DNA from: Eledone cirrhosa
Taxonomy: Eukaryota
Assembly (NCBI GenBank): GCA_964016885.1
Contig: OZ024743.1
Location: 369,148,001-369,212,000, forward strand
Length of the DNA: 64,000 nucleotides
Direction: 5' to 3'
Within the stretch, counting starts at the first letter, position 1. Every line of letters starts with the position of its first letter. A model generated the notes under the pieces. It was not told the origin of the DNA. It worked only from the letters and a program-made list of their open reading frames with translations, and made no database searches. A program made the position numbers and the translations under genes. This document shows, in pieces, positions 61,868 to 64,000 of the stretch.

Positions 61868-62400
61868 TATATATATATGTATTTATTTATATATATATAT
61901 GTATATATTTATATATATATTTTATATATGTATATATTTATATATTTATATATATATATGTATATATTTATATATATATTTTATATATGTATATATTTAT
62001 ATATATATTTTATATATGTATATATTTATATATATTTTTTTATATATATATATATGTATACATTATATATATATGTATATATTTATATTGTTATACTTGG
62101 GGAGGGTCATATTTGTGTAATATTGCCAGAATTAATAACAGAACACACTCACTGTTTGGTTGGTTTTCGCTTTTTGCTTCTGTGTCTTTTATATCGGTAA
62201 TCTAATTTATTCGGTCCTCAATGTTGCCATTGACTGACCAGCTGTCAAAAATAATACAGATACAATATAGACACAAACACATATATATAGTTTATCAAAG
62301 TTCTTTCGTTGCACATCTGCAACATCGTCAGTGGTGCTATTGTTTCCTCCCGTTACATTGTATTTTCTACGCCATCTTTATTTAGTCTGTTTATATATTT
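61596..62400. mobile_element. Fragments of a sister family of the 3735-4315 HHR element (hairpin 61596-61700; arm 62087-62400)
   Basis: ggggagggtcatatttgcgtaatattgccag / ctggcaatattacgcaaatatgaccctcccc, then aacaatatctgtttcgacacacg matching 4250-4275. Confidence 0.7.
62294..62335 (-). ncRNA. Minimal hammerhead motif, covariant with 4062-4104
   Basis: Minus strand: acca CTGACGA t gttgca-gatg-tgcaac GAAA gaac TT tgat. Confidence 0.72.
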
Positions 62401-62533
62401 ATTTATTTGTTTATTTTATTTATATATATATTTTATTTATATATATATTTTATATATATGTATGTATATATTATATATATGTATGTATATATTATATATA
62501 TATATGTATATATTTATATATATATTTTATATA

Positions 62534-62581
<48 letters not shown>

Positions 62582-62899
62582 TTATATATATATTTTATAT
62601 ATATATATGTATATATTTTATATATATATATGTATATATTATATATATATATATGTATATATTTATATATTTTATATATATTATATAGGACAGAGAAACT
62701 CATGAGAGTCAATAGCCATCCAACAGTGTGTATATGTACTTATTGTGTGGGTGTGTAAATGTATATATGTAGGTATGTGCAGGATTGTGTGCATGTGTAT
62801 TTTTTTTTTTACTTTTAAACATCTTAATGATATTTTTTCTTTAAATTACATTTTATCATATCTTTCTATTTAACTTTTTATTATTTATCTGGAAAAACA

Positions 62900-63085
62900 G
62901 TGGATTGGCAGTATCGGTAGAGGGTCGGACGCCATGGTTTGACGTATAGAGTTACGGCCCTTGCCATTCTGAGTTCAAATCCCGCCGAGGTTAACTTTGC
63001 CTGTCATCCTTACGGGGTCGATAAAATAAAGTACCAGTAATGCGCTGGGTAATTGCTGGCCTTGTGCCAAAAGTAGAAACAATTA
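62900..63085 (+). mobile_element. Nin/Deu-like tRNA-SINE with ~16-bp target-site duplication
   Basis: attatttatctggaaa at 62880-62895 and 63082-63097. Confidence 0.9.
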
Positions 63086-63109
63086 TTTATCTGGAAAGAC
63101 CTATGGTTG

Positions 63110-64000
63110 CTACCTTTTTTAAAAAAAAAATAATTGTGGTTGATACAGCTACCGATCATCTTGTATCTGCTTGTCATTGGATTATCGCTGTAGATACTTA
63201 GATAGCAACGTGTGTGTAGCACAAGCACATGATGTTTTGATCTCCTTGTGCAGATATCTCTTCAAATTCCTGTGGCCATGGGGAAGCAGCAACGTATACA
63301 GTCCTAATGAGTTGGATGTATGTAGTTGCTAATCTGCATGCAGGTGGCTTAAGGCTTATCTAACGTCGTTGCCAGTTTTCTGAATAGGAACTGACTTGGG
63401 TGGAGTCTTTTGTGACTGAACAGCCCTTTCAAGCGAGGACACTGCTCGCCCAAATCTTGGGAGAAGTCTAGAAAAGGTGACCCAAACATTGACTGTTCCA
63501 CCATCAAGCTGGTCAGCAACCTGCAGCTCATACCAGCAGGAGAAAGAAGAATTATTTTCAAAAGAATAGAATTTCACTGAATGTTGCGACATGAATTATA
63601 AGAACACTTCTCGACGGAACCATTCACAAATCCAGAACGCAGGACTGCTATTGAGCAGTTATAATATTGATATAGCTGCACTTTCTGAAACCTGTCTTAG
63701 TGGGGAAAAATCACCTATCAGAGAGAGGTGTTGGCTATATGTTCTTCTGGAAAAGGAAACTAAATAGGGAGAAAACAAAGAGAGGAAGTAGGTTTTCCTG
63801 TTCTGACAGAGATCACAAAGTAACTGGAGCAGCCACAAGGCATTAGTGATCGAATTATGCATCTAAGCGTTTCTCTTTCAAGGGGACATTTCATGACTGT
63901 CATCTCAGTGTATGCCCTTACCCTGCATAGTAGCAAGGAATCAATCATGGCTTTTTACCAAGATTTATGAGGGTGTAAAATATTGATTCCACATTCAGAC
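63110..64000 (+). mobile_element. RTE/BovB-like LINE 5'UTR and endonuclease N-terminus (decayed; runs off the window)
   Basis: PERRTAI, YNIDIAALSET, FFWKR, GISDRIMHL, TVISVYA, FYQDL. Confidence 0.8.

Overview
This is eukaryotic, very AT-rich, repeat-dominated DNA. The repeat complement suggests an octopod cephalopod (inference): RTE LINEs with (CAT)n tails, tRNA-derived Nin/Deu- and CORE-type SINEs, and huge (TA)n-derived tracts. No intact protein-coding gene is supported, and most listed ORFs are microsatellite or decayed-transposon artefacts. The window holds many decayed RTE-clade LINEs, one decayed Gypsy LTR element, one CRE-like (RLE) retroelement, two SINE families, several MITEs, a possible Helitron remnant and three minisatellites (21, 74 and 83 bp units). 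The most notable signal is a dense set of minimal type-I hammerhead ribozyme (HHR) motifs: about 10 with an intact or nearly intact core and about 8 decayed. They sit in short non-coding elements mostly embedded in (TA)n tracts. Three of these elements are 340-520 bp foldback palindromes with an outward-facing HHR in each arm, which points to Penelope-like (PLE) or retrozyme-like mini-elements. There is weak evidence for a spliced minus-strand transcript at about 35-52 kb.
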